Source: Lachnospiraceae bacterium (GTDB taxonomy: Bacteria > Bacillota > Clostridia > Lachnospirales > Lachnospiraceae). From it: a stretch of DNA of 54,942 bases. Made by a program: the position numbers and the translations under genes. Below the pieces are notes generated by a model. It searched no databases. It saw nothing but the letters and a program-made list of their open reading frames with translations, and was not told where the DNA came from. Shown here piece after piece: positions 1 to 9,936 of the stretch (its first letter is position 1; each line of letters begins with the position of its first letter). The stretch is taken from contig JALFTO010000124.1 of assembly GCA_022779165.1 (NCBI GenBank), positions 1 to 54,942 on the forward strand, written 5' to 3'.

Positions 1-171
1 GCTTCCATCGGTCTGTTGCAGAGGGCCTTTAAGATCGGATTTAACCGGGCGGCCCGGATCATGGATCAGTTGTACGAGGCCGGCGTTGTCGGAGAGGAAG
101 AAGGAACTAAGCCACGCAAGATTCTTATGAGTATGGAAGAATTTGAACAATACATAGAGGAATGTGTGTAA
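1..171 (+). CDS. ftsK: FtsK/SpoIIIE DNA translocase, C-terminal gamma domain (5' truncated by window)
   Basis: Frame 1 reads [42 protein letters not shown]..., matching the FtsK gamma signature (LQR..IG.NRAAR....LE..G.V); TAA at 169-171. Confidence 0.93.
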   Translation, partial: ASIGLLQRAFKIGFNRAARIMDQLYEAGVVGEEEGTKPRKILMSMEEFEQYIEECV

Positions 172-186
172 GGACAGGAGGAGACG

Positions 187-1860
187 ATGATGAAAACAGA
201 TATTGAGATTGCACAGGAAGTGGTGATGGAGCCTGTCACGGAAGTAGCAGGCAGACTGGATATCGCACCGGATGATCTGGAACTGTACGGAAAGTATAAA
301 GCGAAACTCTCAGACGAATTCCTTGTAGGACTTAAGGACAAAGAGAATGGAAAGCTGATCCTGGTCACGGCCATTAATCCGACACCTGCCGGAGAGGGAA
401 AGACCACGGTCACAGTCGGTCTCGGCGAGGCATTCGGTAAGATGGGCAAGAAAGCTGTGATCGCGCTGAGAGAGCCGTCGCTCGGCCCATGCTTTGGCAT
501 CAAGGGCGGCGCTGCGGGAGGCGGTTATGCACAGGTCGTGCCCATGGAGGATTTAAATCTCCATTTTACCGGAGACTTTCATGCGATCACATCCGCCAAC
601 AACCTGCTTGCGGCACTGCTTGACAATCATATCCAGCAGGGAAATATACTGGGCATTGATCCGAGACAGATCGTGTGGAAACGATGTCTCGATATGAACG
701 ACAGAGTTCTTCGCAATATTGTTGTCGGCCTTGGCGCAAAAGCGGACGGTACGGTGCGCGAGGATCATTTTGTGATCACAGTGGCATCGGAAATCATGGC
801 AATCCTCTGTCTGGCGGATGATATGGCAGATCTGAAGAGACGTCTTGGCAGGATCATCGTGGCATACAATTACGAGGGACAGCCGGTGACGGCAGAGCAG
901 CTTCATGCGGTCGGAGCCATGGCGGCACTTCTGAAGGATGCGTTAAAACCCAATCTTATCCAGACGCTGGAACATACGCCGGCACTTGTTCACGGTGGGC
1001 CTTTTGCCAATATCGCGCACGGCTGCAATTCAGTGCGCGCGACCAAGACAGCACTGAAAATGGCGGACTATGTGATCACGGAAGCAGGCTTCGGCGCTGA
1101 TCTTGGCGCGGAGAAGTTTTTTGACATCAAGTGCAGAAAAGCAGGGCTTAAGCCAGATGCTGTTGTCCTGGTCGCGACAGTCCGCGCGCTCAAATACAAT
1201 GGCGGGGTGCCGAAAAATGAGTTAAATACGGAGAATCTTGACGCACTCCAAAAAGGAATCGTAAATCTGGAGAAGCATATTGAAAATCTCCGGAAATATC
1301 AGGTTCCCGTTGTGGTCACGCTGAATGCGTTTGTGTCCGATACTGAGACTGAGGTTGATTTTGTGAGAAAGTTCTGCGAGGACAGAGGGTGTGAGTTCGC
1401 TGTGTCTGAAGTATGGGCAAAGGGCGGCGAGGGAGGAATTCCGCTTGCCGAGAAGGTTCTGCACACACTTGAAACGACGGAGAGTCGTTTCCGGGTTCTG
1501 TACGAGGATGATCTTTCGATTAAAGAAAAGATCGAAAAGATCGCGAAAGAGATCTATGGTGCAAAAGATGTTGCGTATCAGTCCGCAGCGTCAAAGCAGA
1601 TCGCAAAGCTTGAAGAGATGGGATTTGGCACTTTCCCTGTCTGTATGGCAAAGACACAGTATTCTCTGTCCGATGATCCCACGCTTCTCGGCAGACCGGA
1701 TGGGTTTACGTTGAATGTCAGGGAAGTATATGTGTCTGCGGGGGCTGGATTTGTTGTCGTGCTGACGGGTTCGGTTATGACCATGCCGGGGCTTCCCAAA
1801 CAGCCGGCTGCATATCAGATCGATGTGGATGATACCGGAAAGATTACCGGATTGTTCTGA
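187..1860 (+). CDS. fhs: Formate--tetrahydrofolate ligase
   Basis: 557 aa; [13 protein letters not shown]-loop, [38 protein letters not shown] motifs; RBS AGGAGG upstream. Confidence 0.98.
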   Translation: MMKTDIEIAQEVVMEPVTEVAGRLDIAPDDLELYGKYKAKLSDEFLVGLKDKENGKLILVTAINPTPAGEGKTTVTVGLGEAFGKMGKKAVIALREPSLGPCFGIKGGAAGGGYAQVVPMEDLNLHFTGDFHAITSANNLLAALLDNHIQQGNILGIDPRQIVWKRCLDMNDRVLRNIVVGLGAKADGTVREDHFVITVASEIMAILCLADDMADLKRRLGRIIVAYNYEGQPVTAEQLHAVGAMAALLKDALKPNLIQTLEHTPALVHGGPFANIAHGCNSVRATKTALKMADYVITEAGFGADLGAEKFFDIKCRKAGLKPDAVVLVATVRALKYNGGVPKNELNTENLDALQKGIVNLEKHIENLRKYQVPVVVTLNAFVSDTETEVDFVRKFCEDRGCEFAVSEVWAKGGEGGIPLAEKVLHTLETTESRFRVLYEDDLSIKEKIEKIAKEIYGAKDVAYQSAASKQIAKLEEMGFGTFPVCMAKTQYSLSDDPTLLGRPDGFTLNVREVYVSAGAGFVVVLTGSVMTMPGLPKQPAAYQIDVDDTGKITGLF

Positions 1861-1965
1861 AAATGCGTTATCCTGCATTTACAGATGTACAAATTCCTAA
1901 AATCTGTTAAAATGGAAGAGTGTTTTCCGTGAAGAATTTTTACAGTGAGAAAGGAACATTAGCCT

Positions 1966-3378
1966 ATGAGGTGTCTGGGCTGTGGATGTGAAATTGAGGA
2001 AGGGAAGCTGCTTTGCCCCAACTGTGGGAAGGAGATTCAGATTGTCCCCGATTTTGAGCCGGAAATAGAAGATAAGATCAATCATGCGCTTGAGGGAATC
2101 ACAACAGATATCCGGACAGAGGATGATGTGTTCGGGAGTACAAAGGTGTCCGGAAGATCCAAGTGGAGCAAAAGGCAGATCACGCTGATCTGCTCGGTTA
2201 TTGCTGTCCTGTTCCTGCTTGCGGCTTTCGCGGTCGGGATTATCGTATTCGGTGCAGATGATTCTCCGGAAAAATGTCTGGAAAAGGCAGAGAAGTATGC
2301 CGCGCAGCAGAAGTATGACAAGGCGATCGAGCAGGTGTTGCGTGCCGTCGATAGGAACAGCAGCGATCTTGAGATTCGGAATCAGCTGGGAGAGTACTAT
2401 GTGCTGGATCATCAGGACAAGAATGCCGTGACCGCTTTTGAGGACATCATCAGTATGGATGGAGAAAATGAGCGGGCATATGAGAACCTGATCGGAATTT
2501 ATGAGGCAAAGGGAGATTATCAGGCGATCAATCAGTTGATACGTTCCAGCAGTTCCGCCAAAATTGTGAATACATTTACGAGGTATATTGCCAATCCTCC
2601 GAAATTCAGTTATCCGCAGGGGACATACGAGGAGATCCTTCCGGTGAAACTCACTGCAAATACAGCCGGAACCGTGTACTATACCATGGATGGAAGCACC
2701 CCGGATATTCACAGTGAAGTTTATAAGACTCCGATTTTTCTTGACGGAGGGATTGTGACGATCAAGGCAATTTTCATAAATGAGTATGGAATTCAGAGTG
2801 AGGCTTCGACATGTACGTATCAGATCATCCTGAATCAGGCACACGAGCCTGAAGTCAGTCTGGCGGAAGGGAGTTATACGGAGCCGCAGACCATTGCGGT
2901 GACAGTGCCGGAGGGTGAATCTGTTTATTATACGGTGGACGGGACTACGCCTACCAAAGACAGCATTCCCTACAGCAATCCCGTAGCACTGCCCTTTGGT
3001 GACAGTACTTACTGCTTTATCTCTTACAGTCAGGACGGCGATGCGAGTGAAGTGGTGACAAAGAGATACCGGTTTGCCTTTGAACCGTTTATTAATGTAC
3101 AGTATGCGGTGAATCTGCTGGTCATGGGATTAAAGAACCAGGGAATCCTTTTGGAAGTCGACGGCACGGTGCCCGGAAAACCCGGAAGAAATATCTATAT
3201 CTGCAGTACGGCAATCACGATCAATCAGAAGTCGTATTATCTGGTTGTGGAATATTATGAGGATCCTACCGGAACGGACACCAAGACGGGGAATCTGTAT
3301 TGTGTCGGAACGGACAACGGACAGTTATATAAGGCTTCGCTGGGAGCGGACGGATCGTATTCCGTCGTTTCCTTCTGA
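1966..3378 (+). CDS. Membrane-anchored protein: N-terminal zinc ribbon, one TM helix, TPR region, two Fn3-associated/chitobiase C-terminal-like domains
   Basis: CLGC..CPNC at N-terminus; hydrophobic ITLICSVIAVLFLLAAFAVGIIVF; TPR-like helices; two VYYT.DG.TP repeats. Confidence 0.8.
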   Translation: MRCLGCGCEIEEGKLLCPNCGKEIQIVPDFEPEIEDKINHALEGITTDIRTEDDVFGSTKVSGRSKWSKRQITLICSVIAVLFLLAAFAVGIIVFGADDSPEKCLEKAEKYAAQQKYDKAIEQVLRAVDRNSSDLEIRNQLGEYYVLDHQDKNAVTAFEDIISMDGENERAYENLIGIYEAKGDYQAINQLIRSSSSAKIVNTFTRYIANPPKFSYPQGTYEEILPVKLTANTAGTVYYTMDGSTPDIHSEVYKTPIFLDGGIVTIKAIFINEYGIQSEASTCTYQIILNQAHEPEVSLAEGSYTEPQTIAVTVPEGESVYYTVDGTTPTKDSIPYSNPVALPFGDSTYCFISYSQDGDASEVVTKRYRFAFEPFINVQYAVNLLVMGLKNQGILLEVDGTVPGKPGRNIYICSTAITINQKSYYLVVEYYEDPTGTDTKTGNLYCVGTDNGQLYKASLGADGSYSVVSF

Positions 3379-3458
3379 AAAAGCATACAGTGCTTTGAGA
3401 ATACATAACGTTTAACAAGAATTTTGTAAACATAAGAAAACAGTATGAGGAGGATATT

Positions 3459-4349
3459 ATGTTCAAGATTTTGGAAGCAAAAGAACTTGCCGCAAACATA
3501 TATTATATGGTTGTGGAAGCAAAAAGAGTGGCAAAATCCTGTTATCCCGGACAATTTGTAATTGTCAGGATGGATGATGAGGGAGAGCGTATTCCGCTTA
3601 CGATCTGTGATTATGACAGGACTGCCGGAACGGTAACGATCGTATTCCAGACGGTTGGAGCAGAGACAAAAAGGATGTCGGCGCTGAAGGCGGGAGACAG
3701 CTTCAGGGATTTTGTCGGACCACTCGGCTGCGCTTCTGACCTGATCAGTGAAGACAAGGAAGCGCTTAAGAACAAGAAGATCCTGTTTGTGGCAGGCGGA
3801 GTCGGTACGGCTCCGGTATATCCGCAGGTCAAGTGGCTGCATGAGAACGGTGTCGCGGCGGATGTGATCGTCGGTGCCAAGACAAAGGATCTGCTGATTC
3901 TGGAGAAAGAGATGGAAGCGGTTGCGGGAAATTACTATGTGACCACGGATGACGGATCTTATGGCAGAAGCGGAATGGTGACGCAGACGATTCAGGATCT
4001 GGTTGAGAAAGAGGGCAAGTCCTATGACGTATGTATTGCCATCGGTCCTATGATCATGATGAAATTTGTATGCAAACTCACAAAAGAGTTGAATATTCCT
4101 ACAGTTGTCAGCCTTAATCCCATTATGGTGGATGGCACGGGTATGTGCGGCGCCTGCCGTGTGACAGTCGGCGGTGAGGTGAAATTTGCCTGTGTGGACG
4201 GCCCTGAGTTTGACGGACATCTGGTAGATTTTGATCAGGCGATGAAACGTCAGCAGATCTACAAGACGGCAGAGGGCAGAGCTATGTTAAAGGCACAGGA
4301 AGGTGACACACATCACGGCGGATGTGGGAATTGCGGAGGTGACAAGTAA
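3459..4349 (+). CDS. nfnA: NfnA / PyrK-like FAD/NAD-binding [2Fe-2S] subunit of electron-bifurcating transhydrogenase
   Basis: PGQFVIVR, ERIPLTI, VAGGVGTAP, MVDGTGMCGACRV...CVDGPEF; stop overlaps the next start (TAATG). Confidence 0.88.
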   Translation: MFKILEAKELAANIYYMVVEAKRVAKSCYPGQFVIVRMDDEGERIPLTICDYDRTAGTVTIVFQTVGAETKRMSALKAGDSFRDFVGPLGCASDLISEDKEALKNKKILFVAGGVGTAPVYPQVKWLHENGVAADVIVGAKTKDLLILEKEMEAVAGNYYVTTDDGSYGRSGMVTQTIQDLVEKEGKSYDVCIAIGPMIMMKFVCKLTKELNIPTVVSLNPIMVDGTGMCGACRVTVGGEVKFACVDGPEFDGHLVDFDQAMKRQQIYKTAEGRAMLKAQEGDTHHGGCGNCGGDK

Positions 4350-5734
4350 TGGACGTATTAAAGAAAGTACCGGTGCGCGAGCAGGAGGCAAAGGTTCGCG
4401 CAGCGAATTTTGAGGAAGTTTGTCTCGGATACAACAAAGAAGAGGCGATGGAGGAAGCTTCCAGATGCATTAATTGTAAGAATGCCCAGTGCGTGAAAGG
4501 ATGTCCGGTTGCAATTAATATTCCGGCGTTTATCGAGCAGGTGAAGGAAGGCGATTTTGAGAAGGCATATCAGATCATCAGCGAATCCAGTGCGCTTCCC
4601 GCAGTCTGCGGACGTGTCTGCCCGCAGGAGAGTCAGTGTGAGGGCAAATGTATCAGAGGCATTAAGGGTGAGCCAATCTCGATCGGTAAACTGGAGCGTT
4701 TTGTGGCTGACTGGGCGAGCGAGAACGGGATCAAGCCGGAAGGCTGCGGCGAAAAGAAAAACAAAAAGGTTGCCGTGATCGGTTCCGGCCCTGCAGGTCT
4801 GACCTGTGCGGGAGATCTGGCTAAGATGGGCTATGATGTGACCATCTTTGAGGCACTGCATGAGGCGGGCGGTGTACTGGTATATGGCATTCCGGAATTT
4901 CGTCTTCCCAAGGAAAAGGTAGTAAAGAAAGAGATTGAGAATGTCAAGGCACTCGGTGTAAAGATCGAGACCGATGTGGTGATCGGAAAATCCACTACCA
5001 TCGATGAACTGATGGAGGACGAAGGCTTTGACGCGGTATTTATCGGATCCGGAGCGGGTCTTCCGAAGTTTATGGGGATTCCCGGAGAGCAGGCGAACGG
5101 TGTGTTCTCCGCAAACGAATATCTGACCAGAAGCAATCTGATGAAGGCGTTCAGGGAGGATTCCACAACGCCGATCATGCATGGAAAGAAAGTTGCCGTT
5201 GTCGGTGGCGGAAACGTTGCGATGGATGCGGCAAGAACGGCGCTCAGACTTGGTGCTGAGGTGCATATCGTATACAGGCGAAGCGAGGAAGAACTGCCGG
5301 CCAGAGTGGAAGAGGTACACCACGCAAAAGAGGAGGGGATTATTTTTGACCTTCTGACCAATCCCGTGGAGATCCTCTCCGATGAGAGCGGATGGGTAAA
5401 CGGGATTAAATGTGTGCGCATGGAACTCGGTGAGCCGGATGAGTCAGGACGCAGAAGACCTGTGGTAGTACAGGGCTCGGAGTTTGTGATCGATGTGGAT
5501 ATGGTCATCATGTCACTCGGCACATCGCCCAATCCTCTGATCTCTTCTACGACAGAGGGACTTGAAGTCAATAAATGGAAATGTATTATTGCTGATGAGG
5601 AACACGGAAAGACCACAAAAGAAGGTGTCTATGCCGGTGGCGATGCCGTGACGGGAGCAGCTACAGTAATCCTTGCCATGGGAGCCGGAAAAGCGGGCGC
5701 AAAAGGGATTGACGAGTATCTGAGTCAGAAATAG
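4349..5734 (+). CDS. nfnB: NfnB (often annotated NADPH-dependent glutamate synthase, homotetrameric GltA/GltD-like)
   Basis: RCINC..CVKGCPV and CGRVCPQESQCEG.C Fe-S motifs; GSGPAGL and GGGNVAMD Rossmann folds; coupled to nfnA with no large gltB subunit nearby. Confidence 0.85.
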   Translation: MDVLKKVPVREQEAKVRAANFEEVCLGYNKEEAMEEASRCINCKNAQCVKGCPVAINIPAFIEQVKEGDFEKAYQIISESSALPAVCGRVCPQESQCEGKCIRGIKGEPISIGKLERFVADWASENGIKPEGCGEKKNKKVAVIGSGPAGLTCAGDLAKMGYDVTIFEALHEAGGVLVYGIPEFRLPKEKVVKKEIENVKALGVKIETDVVIGKSTTIDELMEDEGFDAVFIGSGAGLPKFMGIPGEQANGVFSANEYLTRSNLMKAFREDSTTPIMHGKKVAVVGGGNVAMDAARTALRLGAEVHIVYRRSEEELPARVEEVHHAKEEGIIFDLLTNPVEILSDESGWVNGIKCVRMELGEPDESGRRRPVVVQGSEFVIDVDMVIMSLGTSPNPLISSTTEGLEVNKWKCIIADEEHGKTTKEGVYAGGDAVTGAATVILAMGAGKAGAKGIDEYLSQK

Positions 5735-5747
5735 GAGGAAATGCATC

Positions 5748-6560
5748 ATGCCATGGTGTCCCAAATGTAAAAACGAATATGTGGAAGGAATCAAGGTGTG
5801 CGCAGACTGTGGCTGCGAACTGGTAGATTTGCTGGAAGAAGAAAAGACTGCAGTGATCTTTGGCGACAGGGCGCAGATGGAAAATCTTTGTTCTTTCCTG
5901 GAATACAGCGGGGTTCATTCCGCATATATACAGGAGGACGGGGCAGAAGAAATCTGTGAGCTGTATGTAAATGCTTCCGAGGCTGACAGGGCAAAACAGC
6001 TGATCAAAGTATTTCTCAAGCAGGAAAGCAAAGCGCAGCCGGAGGAACAGGAGCAGACAGAGGAAACGGAAGAGAGAGGCTCGATGGGGACTTATCAGAA
6101 CAGTGCCCAAAGAGCCGAGGATTATAAATCTTCCGGATATACGCTGATCCTTGTCGGAGGAATTGGTCTGCTGTTTCTGATCCTGACGGTAACAGGGATT
6201 CTGCCGCTTGGCTTTATGGCGGGGAATTACCTTGCGATCGGTGTGTTGGGAGGTTTTTTCCTTGTGCTGTTTGTCTGTGGGATCCAATCCATGAGAGCTT
6301 TCCGCAGCTGCAAGGAACAGGTCGTATCGGAGGATACACTGCGGGATGAAGTGCTTGCGTGGTGCAGATCATCTCTTAAGGCGGAGGAGATTGACAGTAT
6401 GACCGGTTCCGATGCTGCTCTTACGGAGGAAGAGAAATATTTCGGGCGCTCGGAACAGATGAAGAAACTGATCTCAGAGAAATTCCTGAATCTGGAAGAC
6501 GGGTTTCTGGATACACTGGTGGATCAGCTATATACGGAAATTTTCGGTGGACAGTCATGA
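5748..6560 (+). CDS. Conserved hypothetical membrane protein with N-terminal zinc ribbon
   Basis: MPWCPKCKNEY..G...CADCG; two TM helices in the middle; RBS AGGAGG. Confidence 0.8.
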   Translation: MPWCPKCKNEYVEGIKVCADCGCELVDLLEEEKTAVIFGDRAQMENLCSFLEYSGVHSAYIQEDGAEEICELYVNASEADRAKQLIKVFLKQESKAQPEEQEQTEETEERGSMGTYQNSAQRAEDYKSSGYTLILVGGIGLLFLILTVTGILPLGFMAGNYLAIGVLGGFFLVLFVCGIQSMRAFRSCKEQVVSEDTLRDEVLAWCRSSLKAEEIDSMTGSDAALTEEEKYFGRSEQMKKLISEKFLNLEDGFLDTLVDQLYTEIFGGQS

Positions 6561-7036
6561 AGATTTCGATTGTCTGTGTCGGAAAGATCAAAGAGAGCTA
6601 TTTCCGGGATGCGATCGCTGAATACAGCAAGCGATTGACCCGTTACTGTAAACTCGAGATTTTGGAAGTGGCTGATGAAAAGACGCCTGACGGGGCATCA
6701 GAGGCACTTGAGGATGATGTGAAGGCAAAGGAGGCAGAAAGGATCTTGAAGAAACTGCCTGAGGATGCCTATAAGATTATCCTTGATATAGGCGGATGCA
6801 AGACGGATTCGGTAGCGTTCGGACACCGGATTGAGAAACTCGGCGTGGAGGGGAAAAGCCATATCGCCTTTGTGATCGGTGGTTCACTGGGACTGCATGG
6901 GAGCGTGAAGCAGAGGGCGGATGAGTCACTCAGTTTCTCGGATATGACCTTTCCGCACCAGTTGATGAGAGTCATCCTGCTTGAGCAGATTTACAGGGGA
7001 TTCCGCATTGTGAACGGGGAACCCTATCACAAATAG
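6557..7036 (+). CDS. rlmH: 23S rRNA pseudouridine(1915)-N3 methyltransferase RlmH (OrfX family)
   Basis: MKISIVCVGKIKE, FVIGGSLG, TFPHQL.R..L.EQIYR, C-terminal GEPYHK. Confidence 0.97.
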   Translation: MKISIVCVGKIKESYFRDAIAEYSKRLTRYCKLEILEVADEKTPDGASEALEDDVKAKEAERILKKLPEDAYKIILDIGGCKTDSVAFGHRIEKLGVEGKSHIAFVIGGSLGLHGSVKQRADESLSFSDMTFPHQLMRVILLEQIYRGFRIVNGEPYHK

Positions 7037-7088
7037 TGATGGTGGAACAACATTGGCAATAAAAAAAGTGATTGAGGAGTCGGAGAAA

Positions 7089-8276
7089 ATGCGTGTTTTC
7101 AGACATCATGGAGATCAAAAAAGAATAGTTCGGATGGTAATTTCTGCTGTTTTGACAGGGGCGTTTGCCACTTTACAGTTTATGGCGCTTCCGGTGACAG
7201 CTTGCGCTGCAGAGGGGCTATACGCAGTGTATGTGTCGGATCTGAAGGCCGACAGGCTGGATCAGACCTTTACCATGGAGGCAAAAGGCGCCTCCCTTAC
7301 AGTCAGTATGGCTGATATGATGACGATGCCTGTTGTTGTTCAGGAAAATGCAGATGGCAGCAAGTTGTGTTGTATTGCAGATACTTATCTGCCGGATATG
7401 TATATGGATTCCCTGAATCAGATGTTAAAAGGGATACCGGCAGAAGGGCAGAAGGTGTATTATCTGTCAAAGGAAAAGACATCTTTTATCCCTTATTCGG
7501 AGGCTGGATATTATCAGATCAATGAGGCAGGAAGAAGTAAGATTCTGAATGAACTGCATCGTATGCTTGTGAGTGACAAGTGCGATAATGTGAAAGTGAC
7601 GCTTGGAGATACGGAGCTGCAGTTGATACCGTCCGAGATCCCGGAGGAACTGGCTGCTGATCGTTATACGCTGCAGGGAACGTGTACGACCAGTTATAAG
7701 GGAAGTTCGGCAAACCGCTGCAACAATGTGGAGCGGGCTGCGGCAAATATCAATATGCTGATTCTCTATCCGGGACAGGAGATTTCGATGAATGATGCGT
7801 TCCTGCCCAGAACGGCGGCCAACGGCTACCGGGAAGCAGGCGCATATATGAACGGTAGAGTGATCCAGGCGATGGGAGGAGGCATCTGTCAGGTGTCTTC
7901 CACGGTATATAATGCGGCAATGAACAGTGGTCTGACCGTGACGGAACGCCATCCGCACAGTATGCCTGTACATTACTTGCCGCTGGGACAGGACGCCGCG
8001 ATCTCAGCGGGAAGCAAAGACTTAAAGATCAGGAATGATTTTGATTTTCCCGTTCTGTTTGAAACTTATACGGAAAATAAAAAGCTGACTGTGAATATCT
8101 ATACAAATGCATTAAAGACGGCGGGAGCATCCTTCAGACTTCATGCGGTGAGGACGGGCAGTCTCTCAGCCAATACGTATCTTGAGGTGGTCTTAAACGG
8201 TGTGGTTCTGGAAGACCGTTTTATCGGAACTTCACGGTACAATCCGATGCTTCCGGATACGGAGGAAGAAGACTAA
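7089..8276 (+). CDS. Exported VanW-family (YoaR-like) protein
   Basis: Signal-peptide-like N-terminus ending TACA-AE; VanW core GGGICQVSSTVYNA, ER.PHS.PV.Y.P.G.DA.I, DLK.RN. Start chosen at the ATG downstream of GAGGAG (ORF is open from 7053). Confidence 0.8.
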   Translation: MRVFRHHGDQKRIVRMVISAVLTGAFATLQFMALPVTACAAEGLYAVYVSDLKADRLDQTFTMEAKGASLTVSMADMMTMPVVVQENADGSKLCCIADTYLPDMYMDSLNQMLKGIPAEGQKVYYLSKEKTSFIPYSEAGYYQINEAGRSKILNELHRMLVSDKCDNVKVTLGDTELQLIPSEIPEELAADRYTLQGTCTTSYKGSSANRCNNVERAAANINMLILYPGQEISMNDAFLPRTAANGYREAGAYMNGRVIQAMGGGICQVSSTVYNAAMNSGLTVTERHPHSMPVHYLPLGQDAAISAGSKDLKIRNDFDFPVLFETYTENKKLTVNIYTNALKTAGASFRLHAVRTGSLSANTYLEVVLNGVVLEDRFIGTSRYNPMLPDTEEED

Positions 8277-8289
8277 GGGGGTTACAGGT

Positions 8290-9597
8290 ATGAGAATGTA
8301 TGACTTGATCATGAAGAAACGCAATGGGGGCGTTTTGAATGAGGATGAGATCAAATTTATGATCAGTGGCTATACTGAAGGTTCGATCCCGGATTATCAG
8401 ATGTCTGCCATGATGATGGCGATCTATTTTCAGGGGATGAATGAGGAAGAGACACTCTATCTGACAAGAGCGATGGAATACAGCGGAGAGACGCTGGATC
8501 TGTCGGCAATTCACGGCATTAAGGTAGATAAGCACAGTACGGGCGGCGTTGGGGATAAGACATCACTTGCACTCACTCCCATGGTGGCGGCGTGCGGGAT
8601 CCCCGTTGCAAAGATGAGTGGAAGAGGGCTTGGACATACCGGAGGAACGATCGATAAACTGGAGAGTTTCCCCGGATTTACAACAGGTATCAGCACGGAA
8701 ACTTTTATCCGGAACGTAAACGATATCGGAATTGCGATCATGGGACAGACTGCGGATCTTGCCCCGGCGGATAAGAAACTGTATGCGCTGAGAGATGTCA
8801 CGGCAACAGTGGACAATATGTCGCTGATCGCAAGTTCCATTATGAGCAAAAAGCTTGCCAGCGGCGCGGATGCGATCGTGCTGGATGTCAAGACGGGCAG
8901 CGGCGCATTCATGAAGAAGGAAGAGGAAGCTTTCGCACTGGCAAAGGAGATGACAACGCTCGGAAACAACGCCGGCAGGAAGACGTATGCGGTGATCTCC
9001 GATATGGATCAGCCGCTTGGGTTTGCAGTCGGAAATGCGTTGGAAGTCAGGGAAGCGATCGAAACCTTACAGGGGAATGGCCCGGATGATTTTGTGGAAC
9101 TTTGCATGACTCTCGGCTCTTATATGCTGATTGCGGGAGGCAAAGCTTCCGATGTTGAGGAAGCAAAAGGGTATCTGAAGAAGGTGATCGAGGACGGCAG
9201 TGCACTGCAGAAGCTGGGACAGTTCGTGCGGGCGCAGGGCGGTGATGACCGAGCTGTGTTTGATCCGGAACTCCTGCCGAAGGCATCGATTGTAGAAGAC
9301 ATCCTTTCCGACAGAGAGGGATATATTTCCCACATCGAGTGTGATGAGATCGGTGTCTGCTCGCTGATTTTAGGAGGCGGCAGAGAGACGAAAGAGAGCG
9401 AGATTGATCTGTCGGTTGGTCTTGTGCTTCGAGGGAAAGTCGGAGATTTTGTGAAAAAAGGGGAATCGATCGCAGTTATCCACGGAAATGACAGGGACAA
9501 GATAGCGCAGGCAAAGGAACGCTTCCTGAAGGCATACAGCTTCAGCAAATCTCCTGTTGAGAAGAAGCCGTTTATCAAAGGAGTCATAACACCGTAG
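8290..9597 (+). CDS. pdp: Pyrimidine-nucleoside phosphorylase
   Basis: MRMYDLI.KKR.G, DKHSTGGVGDK, KMSGRGLGHTGGTIDKLES, LYALRDVTATV, SIMSKK. Confidence 0.96.
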   Translation: MRMYDLIMKKRNGGVLNEDEIKFMISGYTEGSIPDYQMSAMMMAIYFQGMNEEETLYLTRAMEYSGETLDLSAIHGIKVDKHSTGGVGDKTSLALTPMVAACGIPVAKMSGRGLGHTGGTIDKLESFPGFTTGISTETFIRNVNDIGIAIMGQTADLAPADKKLYALRDVTATVDNMSLIASSIMSKKLASGADAIVLDVKTGSGAFMKKEEEAFALAKEMTTLGNNAGRKTYAVISDMDQPLGFAVGNALEVREAIETLQGNGPDDFVELCMTLGSYMLIAGGKASDVEEAKGYLKKVIEDGSALQKLGQFVRAQGGDDRAVFDPELLPKASIVEDILSDREGYISHIECDEIGVCSLILGGGRETKESEIDLSVGLVLRGKVGDFVKKGESIAVIHGNDRDKIAQAKERFLKAYSFSKSPVEKKPFIKGVITP

Positions 9598-9613
9598 TAT
9601 GGCAGCATATACT
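9583..9613 (+). promoter_or_regulatory. Putative sigma-E (mother-cell) promoter for yqfC-yqfD
   Basis: TCATAAC (9584-9590)-N15-CATATACT (9606-9613) matches the sigma-E consensus; yqfCD is a sigma-E operon in B. subtilis. Confidence 0.6.
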
Positions 9614-9618
9614 GTGCT

Positions 9619-9936
9619 ATGGGAAAAAGAAGAAATCAGACCGGCACAGAGCCGTCGAAACGAGAACTTGTAGTCAATTCACTGAAGCTTCCAAAGGATC
9701 TTCTTTTGGGAGCTTCTATTGTCACACTCACCGGGAACAGGGAAGCGTGGATAGAGAACTACAAGGGGATCATAGAATACAGTGAACAGGGAATACTGAT
9801 TCAGGGGAAAACATGCCAGATCTGTATTCAGGGAAACAGCCTGTCCATTGACTACTATACCAATGAGGATATGAAGATAAGCGGGAATATTTCCTGCGTA
9901 CGTTATGAATCCTTTGAGGGAGGCAGTAATGGGTAG
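9619..9936 (+). CDS. yqfC: YabP/YqfC family sporulation protein
   Basis: LPKD...G...T..G......IENYKGIIEY motif; directly upstream of yqfD. Confidence 0.88.
   Translation: MGKRRNQTGTEPSKRELVVNSLKLPKDLLLGASIVTLTGNREAWIENYKGIIEYSEQGILIQGKTCQICIQGNSLSIDYYTNEDMKISGNISCVRYESFEGGSNG

Noticed and set aside
172-186. Expected ZMP/ZTP (pfl) or THF riboswitch ahead of fhs
   Set aside because: Only 15 nt separate ftsK and fhs, leaving no room for a leader.
3405-3440. TTAACAA / TTGTAAA half-sites upstream of nfnA, suggesting a Rex operator
   Set aside because: The half-sites are in the wrong order and orientation for TTGTGAA-N4-TTCACAA; there is no complete 18-bp site.
4349-5734. Annotation as a stand-alone glutamate synthase
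   Set aside because: There is no large subunit nearby, and translational coupling to a PyrK-like gene fits NfnAB better.
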